A DNA stretch of 64,000 nt from an uncultured bacterium (GCA_942493055.1 OW818680.1:3590406-3654405); one strand, 5' to 3'; positions 35,088 through 45,267 are shown, counted from the stretch's first letter. Notes: a model not told the origin generated them from the letters alone. Numbers and translations: made by a program.

Positions 35088-35688
35088 GCGGCTTATGGTT
35101 GGTGGCTATGCATGCGTCAATAACAGCAAGGTCTGGACGCTTCAACTCCGATAAGTCCATGCGCATCTCATCCAGCAGGAAGGCTTGCATGGCGCGAGCA
35201 GAGGTAAGCCGCAACCGAGAACGCATCAGCAACAAATCGCACAAAGCCTTTTCCGGCGAAGCTATCAAAAACGTAAAGCGGTTCCCGGCAACCTCCTGCC
35301 TTATCCCGATGGAATAGTAATCGCTCGGGACCGTCTGATAGCTAAAGATTCCCAGGGGGGAGACGAACCGCTTCGCCCGCTTACTCACGACCGACTGCGT
35401 ACTGACGACCCGTTCAGGAATGAGCTGATAGTAAGAGAGCGCCGTTTCAAGTGAAACATACGAAGGCCCATACAGATGGTTCGCAATCAGCGGCAGAGAG
35501 TAGCGTTCGCCCGTGATCTTGCTGGCAACACAATAGAGATCACGCTTTAAACGTACCAACTGACCTTGCTTCACCATATAGGCCAGCTTATCCTTCGGCG
35601 AATCATAATCCGAAAGTGTTCCTGAAAGATCGGACCCCGTCATGGGCACGGGACCAAAAACCTTCAATATTTCTGTAAGTTCTGTCAT
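35041..35688 (-). CDS. AbiEi-family antitoxin / transcriptional regulator (type IV toxin-antitoxin, abortive infection)
   Basis: 215 aa with an N-terminal winged-helix-like region and a C-terminal AbiEi_4-like region; operonic with the AbiEii-like gene. Confidence 0.7.
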   Translation of the reverse strand: MTELTEILKVFGPVPMTGSDLSGTLSDYDSPKDKLAYMVKQGQLVRLKRDLYCVASKITGERYSLPLIANHLYGPSYVSLETALSYYQLIPERVVSTQSVVSKRAKRFVSPLGIFSYQTVPSDYYSIGIRQEVAGNRFTFLIASPEKALCDLLLMRSRLRLTSARAMQAFLLDEMRMDLSELKRPDLAVIDACIATNHKPLELQSLRKVLEHECV

Positions 35689-35789
35689 GATAAGCGTAAT
35701 TATTCCGAACGACAGCGCAAATATTACACCAATCGGTGCTCTGGTGCAACCCTTATTTTGAGCTCTGAACCTGGAGAAGTGTCAATAAG

Positions 35790-35815
35790 TCTTAGAAGTG
35801 TCAGCCGGCTGACAC
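35790..35815. promoter_or_regulatory. Perfect 10-bp palindrome aagtgtcagc/gctgacactt between the S46 peptidase stop and the abiEi promoter
   Basis: agaagtgtcagccggctgacacttac, with gaagtgtca repeated again 20 nt upstream. It could be a terminator for the peptidase gene or an AbiEi autoregulatory operator. Confidence 0.4.
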
Positions 35816-37891
35816 TTACTTCAGCAACTCATCCGCCAGAAAGCCGGCATCGTATACTTTTCGCAGGGCTTCGATCATGACGTCGGCATTCACAGAGACG
35901 GCGCGGGCTTGCGTATCAGTATAGATGAAGTCCAGGACCAGGGACTGGATGTTGCCGTCAAAGATGATGCCGACAAATTCGCCCTTGGGGTTCACGACCG
36001 GGCTCCCGGAGTTGCCGCCGATGATATCCGCAGTGGAGACGAAGTTCATCGGTGTCTTCATATCGAGCTTTGATTTCTTCTCGATCCAGCGGGGCGGCAG
36101 ATCAAACGGCGGCTGATTCTTGTGCTGGTCAGCCCGCTCATACAACCCGGCCAACGTGGTCTGATATGGAATTTTCTGCCCTTCCTGTTCAAAGCCTTTT
36201 ACTGTGCCGAACGCCAGCCTCAACGTGAAGGTGGCATCCGGATAGACCGTCGTGCCTTCGAGTGCAAAGCGTGCCGCGGCAATCTTGCCGTAAGCCTGCT
36301 GCTTCACCTCGTCCTGCGTCTCAACAATCTTCCGCACGGCCCGCGCCTCACCATCCACCAGCCGGGCGAGTTCGATCATGGGGTCATGCGCGGCTTCAAT
36401 ATCCTTCGGTGTGCCTGCATAGAGCTTGCGGCGGACCGCGACATCCTTCACCTTTGTGCCAGAGACCAGCTCGGCTGCGCGCTCGGTGGGCGATTTCCCG
36501 GCTAGCACCTGCTTCACGAGCGGATGGGTATAGCCCAGGTTGCCGGCCAGCCAGGTCAGGGAAGCCGCCAGCTTGAGCTGCTCAAAATCATTGTACAGCG
36601 GCTCTTCGGAGAAGAGTTCCAATTCCAGCGACTCCTTGCCGGAATCGCGGAACTCGCGAAGCCGGTCGCCGTTGGGTTTGGTCTTCTCGTCCGCCGAGCG
36701 CAGCAAGGTCCTTGCAATGCCGAACAGCGTGCAGTTGAGACCGTGACCACTCTCCAGCAGGCGGTGCAGGAGCGCCTTTTCGCGAAGCACCTTCTGTGCG
36801 GCTGCAATCGTCTCCCAGGCGGCCAGGGCATCCTTCAGGTCAGGGTTTCCTTCCACACGCTGGCGCAGGAGCGTCTCATCAGCCTGTTTGTGCGCCATGA
36901 TCTGCGGATCCAGCAAGCCGGCGAGCCCGCCCTCGCGCGCCTTGCGGCTGTTCTGTACGCCGAAGAGCACATCCCTCGCGCGGCGGGCGTTCTCCTCGCT
37001 GCGGGCGCTGTATGCGCCCAGCATGACTTCCAGGCGATACAGATACTGCAACGTATACGGGAAACGTTGATCACGCAGGTCGCCCAGTTCATCCAGGGTC
37101 AGAGACCGGGAAGTATGGCCGGGATGGCCCGAAACAAAGACCAGCTCATCCGCGGCCGGACCGGTCGGGCTGAATTTCAGGTAATGCTGGATCTGCGCGG
37201 GCTTGTTGTTTTCGTAGGCGCGGAAAAAACAGATGTCCAAGTTGAAGCGCGGGTATTCGAAATTATCAGGGTCACCTCCGAAGAAGGCGATCTGCTGTTC
37301 AGGCGCGAAGACCAGGCGCACGTCCGTGTACTTCTTGTAGCGATAGAGATGGTAGAGGCCGCCCTGGTACAAGGTCACCACGTCACTGCGCAAGCCTGTC
37401 TTTTCAAGCGACTCCTTTTCAATGGCCGCCATGACAGCCCGGCGGGCTGCAAAGGACTCCTCCGCTGACTGCTCAGGCTTGACCGCCGCCTTGACGCGGG
37501 CGGTCACATCTTCAATCCCCATCAGCACATTGAGTTCCAGGTCGAGGCATTTCTTCTCCTCGGCGCGCGTGCGGGCGATGAAGCCATCCCGCAGATAATT
37601 GTGCTGCTCGTCGCCGAATTTCTGCAGGCTGTCGGCCGCGACATGATGATTGGAGATCAGCAGGCCGTCCTTGGAGACAAACGAACCCGAGCCGCCGCTG
37701 TTGAAACGGATGGAGGACTTTTGCACATGCTCAAGCCAGGCATTGGACGGTTCAAAGCCATACTTATCCTTCAGCTGTTGGGACGGTGGCGTCGTATAGA
37801 GCCACATCCCTTCATCAGCCTGAAGCGCGCTGACGCTCAGGAAGAGCGCGCTCATCGAGAACAGAACAAAACGAACATTTCTTTTTTTCAT
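35816..37891 (-). CDS. S46 family serine peptidase (dipeptidyl-peptidase 7/11-like)
   Basis: Signal peptide followed by the DEGMWL start of the mature S46 enzyme. Catalytic Ser in GGNSGSPVVN near the C-terminus; His in ISNHHV. Confidence 0.85.
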   Translation of the reverse strand: MKKRNVRFVLFSMSALFLSVSALQADEGMWLYTTPPSQQLKDKYGFEPSNAWLEHVQKSSIRFNSGGSGSFVSKDGLLISNHHVAADSLQKFGDEQHNYLRDGFIARTRAEEKKCLDLELNVLMGIEDVTARVKAAVKPEQSAEESFAARRAVMAAIEKESLEKTGLRSDVVTLYQGGLYHLYRYKKYTDVRLVFAPEQQIAFFGGDPDNFEYPRFNLDICFFRAYENNKPAQIQHYLKFSPTGPAADELVFVSGHPGHTSRSLTLDELGDLRDQRFPYTLQYLYRLEVMLGAYSARSEENARRARDVLFGVQNSRKAREGGLAGLLDPQIMAHKQADETLLRQRVEGNPDLKDALAAWETIAAAQKVLREKALLHRLLESGHGLNCTLFGIARTLLRSADEKTKPNGDRLREFRDSGKESLELELFSEEPLYNDFEQLKLAASLTWLAGNLGYTHPLVKQVLAGKSPTERAAELVSGTKVKDVAVRRKLYAGTPKDIEAAHDPMIELARLVDGEARAVRKIVETQDEVKQQAYGKIAAARFALEGTTVYPDATFTLRLAFGTVKGFEQEGQKIPYQTTLAGLYERADQHKNQPPFDLPPRWIEKKSKLDMKTPMNFVSTADIIGGNSGSPVVNPKGEFVGIIFDGNIQSLVLDFIYTDTQARAVSVNADVMIEALRKVYDAGFLADELLK

Positions 37892-38128
37892 ACTTACTTG
37901 CCTATTAATTTCTTGGTTTCAGGGTTCGGTGTTCAGTATTTAACCACAAAGAGCACAAAGAACACAAAGAAAATCAAATAAACAGTGAACTGAACATTGA
38001 ATGAACGCCTCCATTTTTCACTTTTCACTTTTCATTTCTCATTTTTTCAGATTGACTTTTATGCCGTCCGTGCTTAATGTGGCTGGGTCTAATACGGAAG
38101 GGACGGGGTTGGCCCCGTGTAGCGCGGG

Positions 38129-39607
38129 ATGAAAAAGGCATCTGAAAAACCATCGCTGAGTGCATGGATTTTTAATTTTTTGACGCGTGGGCAGTGGCTG
38201 CTGTCCATGCAGGAACTCTCTTATCCGCGACGGATGGCGGTGAAGACGTTGCGCTTCGTGAGCTTGGTCCTGCATGGCTTCCAGCGCCACCGTTGCCCGT
38301 TGCACGCCGCCTCGCTGACTTACTATTCGTTGTTAGCCTTGGTGCCGGTCCTTGTCCTGGCCCTGGGGCTGACACGTTCGTTGGGCGGTGCTGACCTCTT
38401 GCGCCATCGGGCGAGCGCCCATCTGGACGCATGGCTTTCGCAGATGGAGCGCCCTGTGGTGCAGGCCAGCACCAATGTCCCTGCCCCGGCCTGGGGCGCA
38501 AAGACTCCGGAGCAGGTTGAAGTCGTCCGACTCTTCGGGAAGCAGGCTCGTGACATCACGGAGAAGTTGTTTAAACAGGTGGAGCACATTGACTTCCGGA
38601 CGCTCGGTCTCATCGGGCTGCTCCTTTTGCTCTGGACCGTCATCGGCATGCTGGAAAAGATCGAAAACAGTTTTAACGAGATCTGGGGTGTGACCCGGTG
38701 CAGGTCGGTTGTGCGGAAGTTCACGGATTACACCAGCGTGAGCATCGTGCTCCCGATCCTGATCGTGGCGGCCTCCTCCATTCCTGTTGTCTCGCATGTC
38801 CTGGAGATTATGAACAAGACCCTGGGCAGTGTGACACCGGAAACGGTGCGCGGGTTCATGGGGGGCTCCTTCCTGAGGGCCGTGATCCCGCTTATGCTAG
38901 GCACGTTGATGTTCGCCTTCCTGCTGGGCTTCATGCCGAATGAGCGCGTCAAGATGCGTCCTGCCCTGATTGGCGGCTTTGTGACCATGCTCCTGTTCGC
39001 GGCCTGGCTGAAGATCTGCGCCATGCTGCAGGTGGGGATTGCGGGCAACAGCATGGTGTATGGCGGTTTCGCCCTCCTGCCGATTCTTCTGCTCTGGATG
39101 TACACGAGCTGGCAGATCGTGCTGATCGGCGCAGAGATTGCCTTTGCGTCCCAGAACCGCGACACCTATATCCTCGAGCAATATGCGTCCAAGGCAAGTC
39201 CCCGCACGCGGGTCATCCTGGCGTGCGCCATCTGCGCAGCGGCGGAAAAGAGCGCGCGCGAACAAGAGGGCCAACCCTTTGAATCTGACACCTTTGCGCG
39301 TCAGCAGGGCATTCCCCATGGCTTGGTCCGCGACGTGCTTGACAAGCTTGAGCGCAACACCATCCTTGCTAAAGTCGAGGGGGATGAAAACCGCTACCTG
39401 CTCTGCCATTACGGGGAAGGGCTGACAACCGATCAGATCATCACGGTCTTTTTGGATGACGGGGAGGCGCCGGATGTGCTGGGGGTCAATCGCCTGAAGG
39501 GAGAGGGCCAGGCCGTCGACCAGGCGCTCCACGCGCTCCTGGTCAAACACTTTGGCGTCTCCTTGCAGCACTTTGCTGAACAAAAAAAGGGCCATAAGCA
39601 AAAATGA
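38129..39607 (+). CDS. YihY/BrkB family membrane protein with a C-terminal cytoplasmic extension
   Basis: YihY core LTYYSLLALVPVLVLALGL... with six predicted TM helices, then a ~150-aa soluble tail. Confidence 0.75.
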   Translation: MKKASEKPSLSAWIFNFLTRGQWLLSMQELSYPRRMAVKTLRFVSLVLHGFQRHRCPLHAASLTYYSLLALVPVLVLALGLTRSLGGADLLRHRASAHLDAWLSQMERPVVQASTNVPAPAWGAKTPEQVEVVRLFGKQARDITEKLFKQVEHIDFRTLGLIGLLLLLWTVIGMLEKIENSFNEIWGVTRCRSVVRKFTDYTSVSIVLPILIVAASSIPVVSHVLEIMNKTLGSVTPETVRGFMGGSFLRAVIPLMLGTLMFAFLLGFMPNERVKMRPALIGGFVTMLLFAAWLKICAMLQVGIAGNSMVYGGFALLPILLLWMYTSWQIVLIGAEIAFASQNRDTYILEQYASKASPRTRVILACAICAAAEKSAREQEGQPFESDTFARQQGIPHGLVRDVLDKLERNTILAKVEGDENRYLLCHYGEGLTTDQIITVFLDDGEAPDVLGVNRLKGEGQAVDQALHALLVKHFGVSLQHFAEQKKGHKQK

Positions 39608-39647
39608 AATTCCGAAAAGGGACGGATTCTGATATAGTTTAAAAATT

Positions 39648-41120
39648 ATGGAAAAGAGGGATTTCAGGCCGGTGCGCAAGACGTTCCCGGTCAATACATT
39701 GATCGAGGGAAGGCGTGTGCTGGTCGTGGGCGGCGGGCGCGTGGGCCAGCGTAAAATTGAATTGCTGCTGGATGCCGATGCGCAGGTCGACTTGGTCTGC
39801 CCGGATTGCGTCCGCGAGTTGATCCAGTTGGCGGAGGCCGGCTGCATCACCTATCTGGCCCGTCGCTTTGAGGCGTCGGACATCGAGGGCGCTTCGCTGG
39901 TCTTTGCCTGTACGGACGACAAACATGTGAACCGGCAAATCCTGGAGCTTTCCAAGCAGGCGAAAGTCCCCTGCTGCTGCGCAGACGGGAACTGGCCGGA
40001 CGGTGATTTTGTGACCCCGGCGATCATTCGCGCGGGCGAGGTGATGATTGCCGTCTCCACGAGCGGCAGGTCCTGCGTGCAGTCGCGTCTGGTCAAAGAC
40101 AATCTGCGCAAACATCTGGATTCCATTGAAAGCTCGGACCTGCTGGTCCTGGGCACGAGCCATGCGTATCTGGGCATGGCCGAACGCGCGCCCTACCATC
40201 TGCTGTTGCGCGAGCGGGAGGAGCTGGGCGAGATGATCCGCCAGGTCTGGGGCGTCCATGAATTTCTGATCCTGAACACCTGCAACCGTGTCGAAATCGT
40301 CGCGGCAATCTCCAAGGAAGCGGGAACGTCCGGAATTCTGCGCCGCTTGATGCGCTTTGACCGGCTCTCCTCAGATCTCTTTTACATGAAGCATGGCTTT
40401 GATGCCTTTGCCCACGTCTGCAAGGTGACCGCCGGCATGGACTCCCAGGTCCCGGGCGAGGTGCATGTGGTGGCCCAACTGAAAGACGCCATTGACGAGG
40501 CCGTGACCCGTGGCTGGGCCGGCTCCCTCATCCGGGGCCTCTGCGACTCCGCGCTGCGCGTCTCCAAAGACGTCCGCGCCGAGCTGGGAACCCTGCTCGA
40601 TGTCTCCGAGATCGAAGATGTGGCGCTGCGCTACCTGGATGCCAAGAAGGTTCAGCCGGGCACGGCGTTGGTCATTGGCTCCGGGGTGGTCGGACGCGGC
40701 GTGATGAAGGGGTTGCTTGACCGTCACTTTTCATGCATCTGGGCCTACCACTCCAACAAGCCCGAGGCGGAAAAAGGGGTCCGGGTTGTTCAATTGGACC
40801 AGCTTTCGGAGGTCTTACCCGAGGCGGATGTGGTGCTCAGTGCCGTGGATACGCAGTTGCCCGTTGTGACGGCTGCGGCGCACCAGCAGGTCTTGAATCC
40901 CAACGGCGTCTTTTTTGTCGATATCGGCATCCCCCGCAATATAGATCCCGCGTTCGATGCGTGCGGCGGTACTGTCCGCGTGGCAGACCTGGACGAGCTG
41001 AAACGCTGGTTCCGGGAGCAGAACGGCTCCTTGGATCGCGCAAACGCGATATGTGATCGCGTCCTCGACGCCAACCGCGAGAGCTACGAGCGCATTATCA
41101 AGAGCCTGCGGGGTGAATAG
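39648..41120 (+). CDS. hemA: Fusion protein: precorrin-2 dehydrogenase/sirohydrochlorin ferrochelatase (SirC/CysG N-terminal-like) + glutamyl-tRNA reductase (HemA)
   Basis: The N-terminal ~165 aa form a Rossmann domain (RRVLVVGGGRVGQRKIELLLDADAQV). The remainder is HemA with the catalytic LNTCNRVEIV and the NADPH-binding GSGVVGRG. Confidence 0.8.
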   Translation: MEKRDFRPVRKTFPVNTLIEGRRVLVVGGGRVGQRKIELLLDADAQVDLVCPDCVRELIQLAEAGCITYLARRFEASDIEGASLVFACTDDKHVNRQILELSKQAKVPCCCADGNWPDGDFVTPAIIRAGEVMIAVSTSGRSCVQSRLVKDNLRKHLDSIESSDLLVLGTSHAYLGMAERAPYHLLLREREELGEMIRQVWGVHEFLILNTCNRVEIVAAISKEAGTSGILRRLMRFDRLSSDLFYMKHGFDAFAHVCKVTAGMDSQVPGEVHVVAQLKDAIDEAVTRGWAGSLIRGLCDSALRVSKDVRAELGTLLDVSEIEDVALRYLDAKKVQPGTALVIGSGVVGRGVMKGLLDRHFSCIWAYHSNKPEAEKGVRVVQLDQLSEVLPEADVVLSAVDTQLPVVTAAAHQQVLNPNGVFFVDIGIPRNIDPAFDACGGTVRVADLDELKRWFREQNGSLDRANAICDRVLDANRESYERIIKSLRGE

Positions 41121-41250
41121 AGCCTTCTTTCACTTTTTCATTAATTTTAGAAATCTGCTTGAATCCCAGCTTCTGGATGTGGTAAAGTTTAAAAATATCT
41201 ATCGATATTGTAGACAAAAAAGTCTCCTGATCGATTGAAAGGGGAAGGAC

Positions 41251-42054
41251 ATGAACATGAAAAATAGAATGCTGAACGCCGCAATCGGCGCATGCATAAT
41301 CGCATCCGTTGCACAGGCCGTACCATCCTTTAACACCGTGACCTGGAGCGCGGTCACCGTAGGGGGCAACGCCTATCAAGACGGCCATGTCGAGCCGCCG
41401 GACAGTAACGACCCCAACTATAGCACGCCGCCCAACCCTGCAAAACTGGATATTGTCGGAAATGCTGCAAACCCTGCTGCATATTATGCTTATGACGGAC
41501 AGTATATGTATTTCCGTATGCGCGTGGACAGCGATCCAATGGCTGGCGGGGCTATCAACAATGTCTGGCAGGCCGTTCTTAATACGGACGCAGACAATAC
41601 AGCCGACTGGGTAATCCAGTGGGACATGACAGGTGATAACCAGGTTGAATTGGCCCGCGCTACGGCTGGCAGCCCCACGGATGTCACTGCTTGGAGCGCA
41701 CTCGCGTATGTGGCTTCGCCCCATGTGGGGCCGACGGGTGGCGTGGCAACGGATTGGTATACGTACAATCCGAATGGCGACACCACGACGTTTGCTGATA
41801 CGCCTGCAGGCTCGGATTATTTTGTGGACTTCGCTTTTGATAAGGCGACCTTTGATGCAACACTGACGGCCAATAGCGAAACACCTGTTGATTCCTTCCA
41901 GGTTGCTTTTGCAACGTCTTCACAGCACATCAACTCCAACAAGGATCTGCCGGATCAAGGCTGGTCTGACACGATCACGGTTCCGGAACCCACCTCGATG
42001 GCGCTGCTGGCCTTGGGCGTGACAGTGTTGGCGATGCGCCGCCGGAAGGTCTAA
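41251..42054 (+). CDS. PEP-CTERM sorting-domain protein (exosortase substrate)
   Basis: Signal peptide. C-terminus VPEPTSMALLALGVTVLAMRRRKV is a PEP motif, a TM helix and a basic tail. Confidence 0.8.
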   Translation: MNMKNRMLNAAIGACIIASVAQAVPSFNTVTWSAVTVGGNAYQDGHVEPPDSNDPNYSTPPNPAKLDIVGNAANPAAYYAYDGQYMYFRMRVDSDPMAGGAINNVWQAVLNTDADNTADWVIQWDMTGDNQVELARATAGSPTDVTAWSALAYVASPHVGPTGGVATDWYTYNPNGDTTTFADTPAGSDYFVDFAFDKATFDATLTANSETPVDSFQVAFATSSQHINSNKDLPDQGWSDTITVPEPTSMALLALGVTVLAMRRRKV

Positions 42055-45000
42055 GTGTCTACCCCCATGCGTGGAACCTCGACCACAACAGGCGGTTCTG
42101 CAAACACGGCAAGCCGCCCTGATTTATGGAACACGGTGCTGACAAGCGCCGTGTTCTTTGTTTATCTCTGTATGGTGAGCCGCAGCGCCATGCCTGGCCG
42201 CTCCAGTGATCTGATCGCCAAGGCCTTGGACTTGGAGCCGCGGCTCGCCCCGGCCTCCTCCCTCTGGTTTCTCCTGACCCATCCCTTGACGCTGCTTCCA
42301 CAACCGGTCTTGGCACTGAACCTCTTCAGTTTGGTTTGCGCAGTCGCCTGTGTCTATCTGACCGGCTGGCTGCTGCAGCAGGTCGTTTTGACCCGGTGTG
42401 ATGAGAAGCTCATCCGTCGCGAGGAGGGGCGCACGTTAGCACGCATTGCAGCCTTGGCAGGGAGCGCCGCGCTCGCGTTCTCGCCACCCTTCTGGTCAGC
42501 GGCCTTGCGTGCCGACACCGGGACGCTAAACAGTCTCTTGCTCGTGATCTGGTTTGTCCTCGTATTCCGTTTTGCAGTGACCCTGCAGTCGCGCTGGGCC
42601 TTTGCTGTATTGCTCTGGGGCGGACTTGGAGCCTCTCAAAGCGTGGCCTACTTTTGGCTGACGCCCTTTGCGCTTTTCGGCTGTTTACGGATGCTCTTCC
42701 GCGCCCGCCGTCTCAGTTTCAAGTTGGCGGCACAATTGATCGCATCGCTCTTGGTGCCCTATTCAATCATCATGGTTGTTCAGTCGGCCAGTTTCCTTGG
42801 CACTGAGGGACATCGATTGACAGGCTTGCTCCCGCTCTGGCGGGTCGTCGCTGAGTTGATGTGGGGACAGGTGCTGCTGATGCGGCTCGGGGTGACTACT
42901 GACGGATGGCTCTTGGGCGTCTTGACGGTGATCGTGCCGTGGCTGGTCTGCGCCGGACTGCTGGTGTGGCCCCAAAAAACACGGGTGTCCCGCCAATGGG
43001 AGCCATTGTCGGATCATCCTGTACTGCATGGTTTAGCTGCACTGGCAGCAGTCGGCATCTTTCTCGATGCGCCCTTCTCGATGTGGTCCCTTCACGGTGA
43101 GCAGTTCCCATGGCTGACGCCGGTCCTCCTCTCTGCACTGACCAGCGGCTGGGTTGCGGCGTTTTGGTATCGCGCGGCAATGCAGCATCCGAAATGGAAC
43201 GTATGGAAACGGCCGAGCATCGTGGTCCACGCCCCTTATGCAGTTCTGGCCCTGGTGGCGCTGATCCTCGTCAAAGGGGCGGTCTCCAACGGTTCAGAGG
43301 CCTCCGCGCTCCTGCGCTCGGTTGTTTCAGGCTATGTCGCCAAGATCGTCGATGCAACGGGCGGGCGCCCCTGGCTTCTGACTGGCGGCTCGCTGGACAG
43401 CATGATCCTGATTGATGCGCATCAGAAGGGTCTAGCCTTGAATGTCCTGAATGTGACGCGCATGTCCGACGAGATGTATCGCGACTATATGGCTGGCAAG
43501 TTCAGTGACCCCCAGCTTGCAAATGCGTGCCGCATCGGAATGAACCCGCTGGTGCGCCAATGGTTTGGAAACGGGACCAATCTTTCGGGTCAGGTTGCGA
43601 TTCTGGCGCTGCCCGATCTCTGGTACGCGGCGGGCCTGCAACCGCAGCCGAACAGCCTCGTCTTTGTCGGAGACGACGCTTCAGGTAGCCTAGGCGCTAC
43701 GCCGGAGGAGGTCTGGGCCCGGAACGTGGAGGGGTGGAACCAGATGGAACCGCTCGTTGAAAGCCGTAAAAGCGATCCGCCAGCAGTGGCCGCTTTCCGG
43801 GCGCATGCCCGTCGTCATGTGAGCTTTGTTGCGAATAATGCGGGGGTCTGGCTGGAGGACCACGGGAGGCCGGCGCTGGCCGGTCTGGCGTATGTGCGCG
43901 CACGTCACTATGAGCCCTACAACGTGAGTGCCCTTCTCAACCTGGGCGCGCTGGTCCGGCAAGGCGTCGTCACCAATGACGCGCCTGCTATCCTGGCGGA
44001 GCTGAAGACCTTGGTGGATGCCAAACCTAATCTCCAATGGTGGTCGTTGACGCGTCGCTACGGCTATGTGCGCCAAGCCGACGCGTATGCTGCCATGGGG
44101 CATGTCTGGGCGCTCTCGGGACAGCCGGGCATCACGGCAGCTGGCTTGAATCGGTCACTGACCCTCTCTTCAGATGCGAAGAAGAATGACTCGCAAGAGG
44201 CTATCCTGGCGCAGGTCTGCTTGGAGGAGGGACGGCTTGAAGAGAGCCGGATCATCTACGAACGCCAACTGGCGGTGCGGCCGGATGATGCGCGGGTGCT
44301 GATCGGGCTCGCTCAGCTCGCCCTTGCGACGAATGACACGGCAAGCGCCTGCGTCTGGCTGCGGCGAGCGGATAAGCCCGCCCAGCTGAAGGAGGGGCTG
44401 GACTTGGTCGTGGCCGGTCTCTACAGCCGGGCCGGCGATCTCGGACGGGCGCGCGTTCTGGCACAGGCCGCGCTCGACCGCTCCAACGATGATCTTGCGG
44501 CATGGGCCCTCATGGCGGGCGTGGCACTGGGCCAACGCGACACGAAGATGGTGGATCTCTGTCTGCGCGAGATTCACAGACTGGAAAAAGGCCGCAAGTT
44601 TAACGGGATCGTCGTCGAGGCTTTGCAAGCCCTTGATAAAGGCGCTGCGCCGCAAGCCAGAAGCTTGTTCGACGAGGCCCTGCGCCATCGCGCCAAGAGT
44701 GTGGAGGTCATGGAGCGCATCCTCCGTCTGGATCTGCTGCTCGGCATCCGCGAGAAGACCTCTGATATGGCCCGCTTCCTGATTTTACTGGATAGCCGCA
44801 GTGCGCTGGCCCACTATATCCTGGGCGTGATTCAGTTGCGGGCAAACGCGTGGGCTGAAGCACGGCCTTGGCTCGAGAAGAGCGTTGCGCTCTCCCCCGC
44901 CCCAGAGGCGCTCAACGATCTGGCCTGGGTTCTCTTGCAACAGGGCGAAGTCGCGCTGGCGGAACAACGGGCAAGCGAAGCGGTCAAGCGGATGCCGACC

Positions 45001-45267
45001 TTTGGTGCGGCCTGGGATACGCTGGGCATGACGCTCATCGCTGCCAGTCGTCACGACGAGGCTGTGAAGGCGCTGGAGCGGGCCATCACCTGCGGCGGCG
45101 GACGCAACCCGACACTGCTCGCCCATCTGGCGCGTGCGCGTATCGGCCAGGGCAATAAACCTGAAGCCCTCCTGTTGCTGCAGGAGGCTGTCTCCATCAA
45201 GCGGGCATTGATCCCTCAGGAGGAGGAGGAGATCCGCGCCGTCCGCCAGCTCATTAAGGGCAAATAA
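42055..45267 (+). CDS. Polytopic membrane protein (DUF2723/glycosyltransferase-39-like N-terminal half) with a C-terminal TPR-repeat array
   Basis: About 10 hydrophobic helices in the first 430 aa, then TPR-like repeats through the C-terminus. The ORF begins with GTG immediately after the TAA of the PEP-CTERM gene; the true start may lie downstream. Confidence 0.6.
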   Translation: MSTPMRGTSTTTGGSANTASRPDLWNTVLTSAVFFVYLCMVSRSAMPGRSSDLIAKALDLEPRLAPASSLWFLLTHPLTLLPQPVLALNLFSLVCAVACVYLTGWLLQQVVLTRCDEKLIRREEGRTLARIAALAGSAALAFSPPFWSAALRADTGTLNSLLLVIWFVLVFRFAVTLQSRWAFAVLLWGGLGASQSVAYFWLTPFALFGCLRMLFRARRLSFKLAAQLIASLLVPYSIIMVVQSASFLGTEGHRLTGLLPLWRVVAELMWGQVLLMRLGVTTDGWLLGVLTVIVPWLVCAGLLVWPQKTRVSRQWEPLSDHPVLHGLAALAAVGIFLDAPFSMWSLHGEQFPWLTPVLLSALTSGWVAAFWYRAAMQHPKWNVWKRPSIVVHAPYAVLALVALILVKGAVSNGSEASALLRSVVSGYVAKIVDATGGRPWLLTGGSLDSMILIDAHQKGLALNVLNVTRMSDEMYRDYMAGKFSDPQLANACRIGMNPLVRQWFGNGTNLSGQVAILALPDLWYAAGLQPQPNSLVFVGDDASGSLGATPEEVWARNVEGWNQMEPLVESRKSDPPAVAAFRAHARRHVSFVANNAGVWLEDHGRPALAGLAYVRARHYEPYNVSALLNLGALVRQGVVTNDAPAILAELKTLVDAKPNLQWWSLTRRYGYVRQADAYAAMGHVWALSGQPGITAAGLNRSLTLSSDAKKNDSQEAILAQVCLEEGRLEESRIIYERQLAVRPDDARVLIGLAQLALATNDTASACVWLRRADKPAQLKEGLDLVVAGLYSRAGDLGRARVLAQAALDRSNDDLAAWALMAGVALGQRDTKMVDLCLREIHRLEKGRKFNGIVVEALQALDKGAAPQARSLFDEALRHRAKSVEVMERILRLDLLLGIREKTSDMARFLILLDSRSALAHYILGVIQLRANAWAEARPWLEKSVALSPAPEALNDLAWVLLQQGEVALAEQRASEAVKRMPTFGAAWDTLGMTLIAASRHDEAVKALERAITCGGGRNPTLLAHLARARIGQGNKPEALLLLQEAVSIKRALIPQEEEEIRAVRQLIKGK

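Noticed and set aside
36524-37468. 314-aa plus-strand ORF
   Set aside because: Antisense to the S46 peptidase gene.
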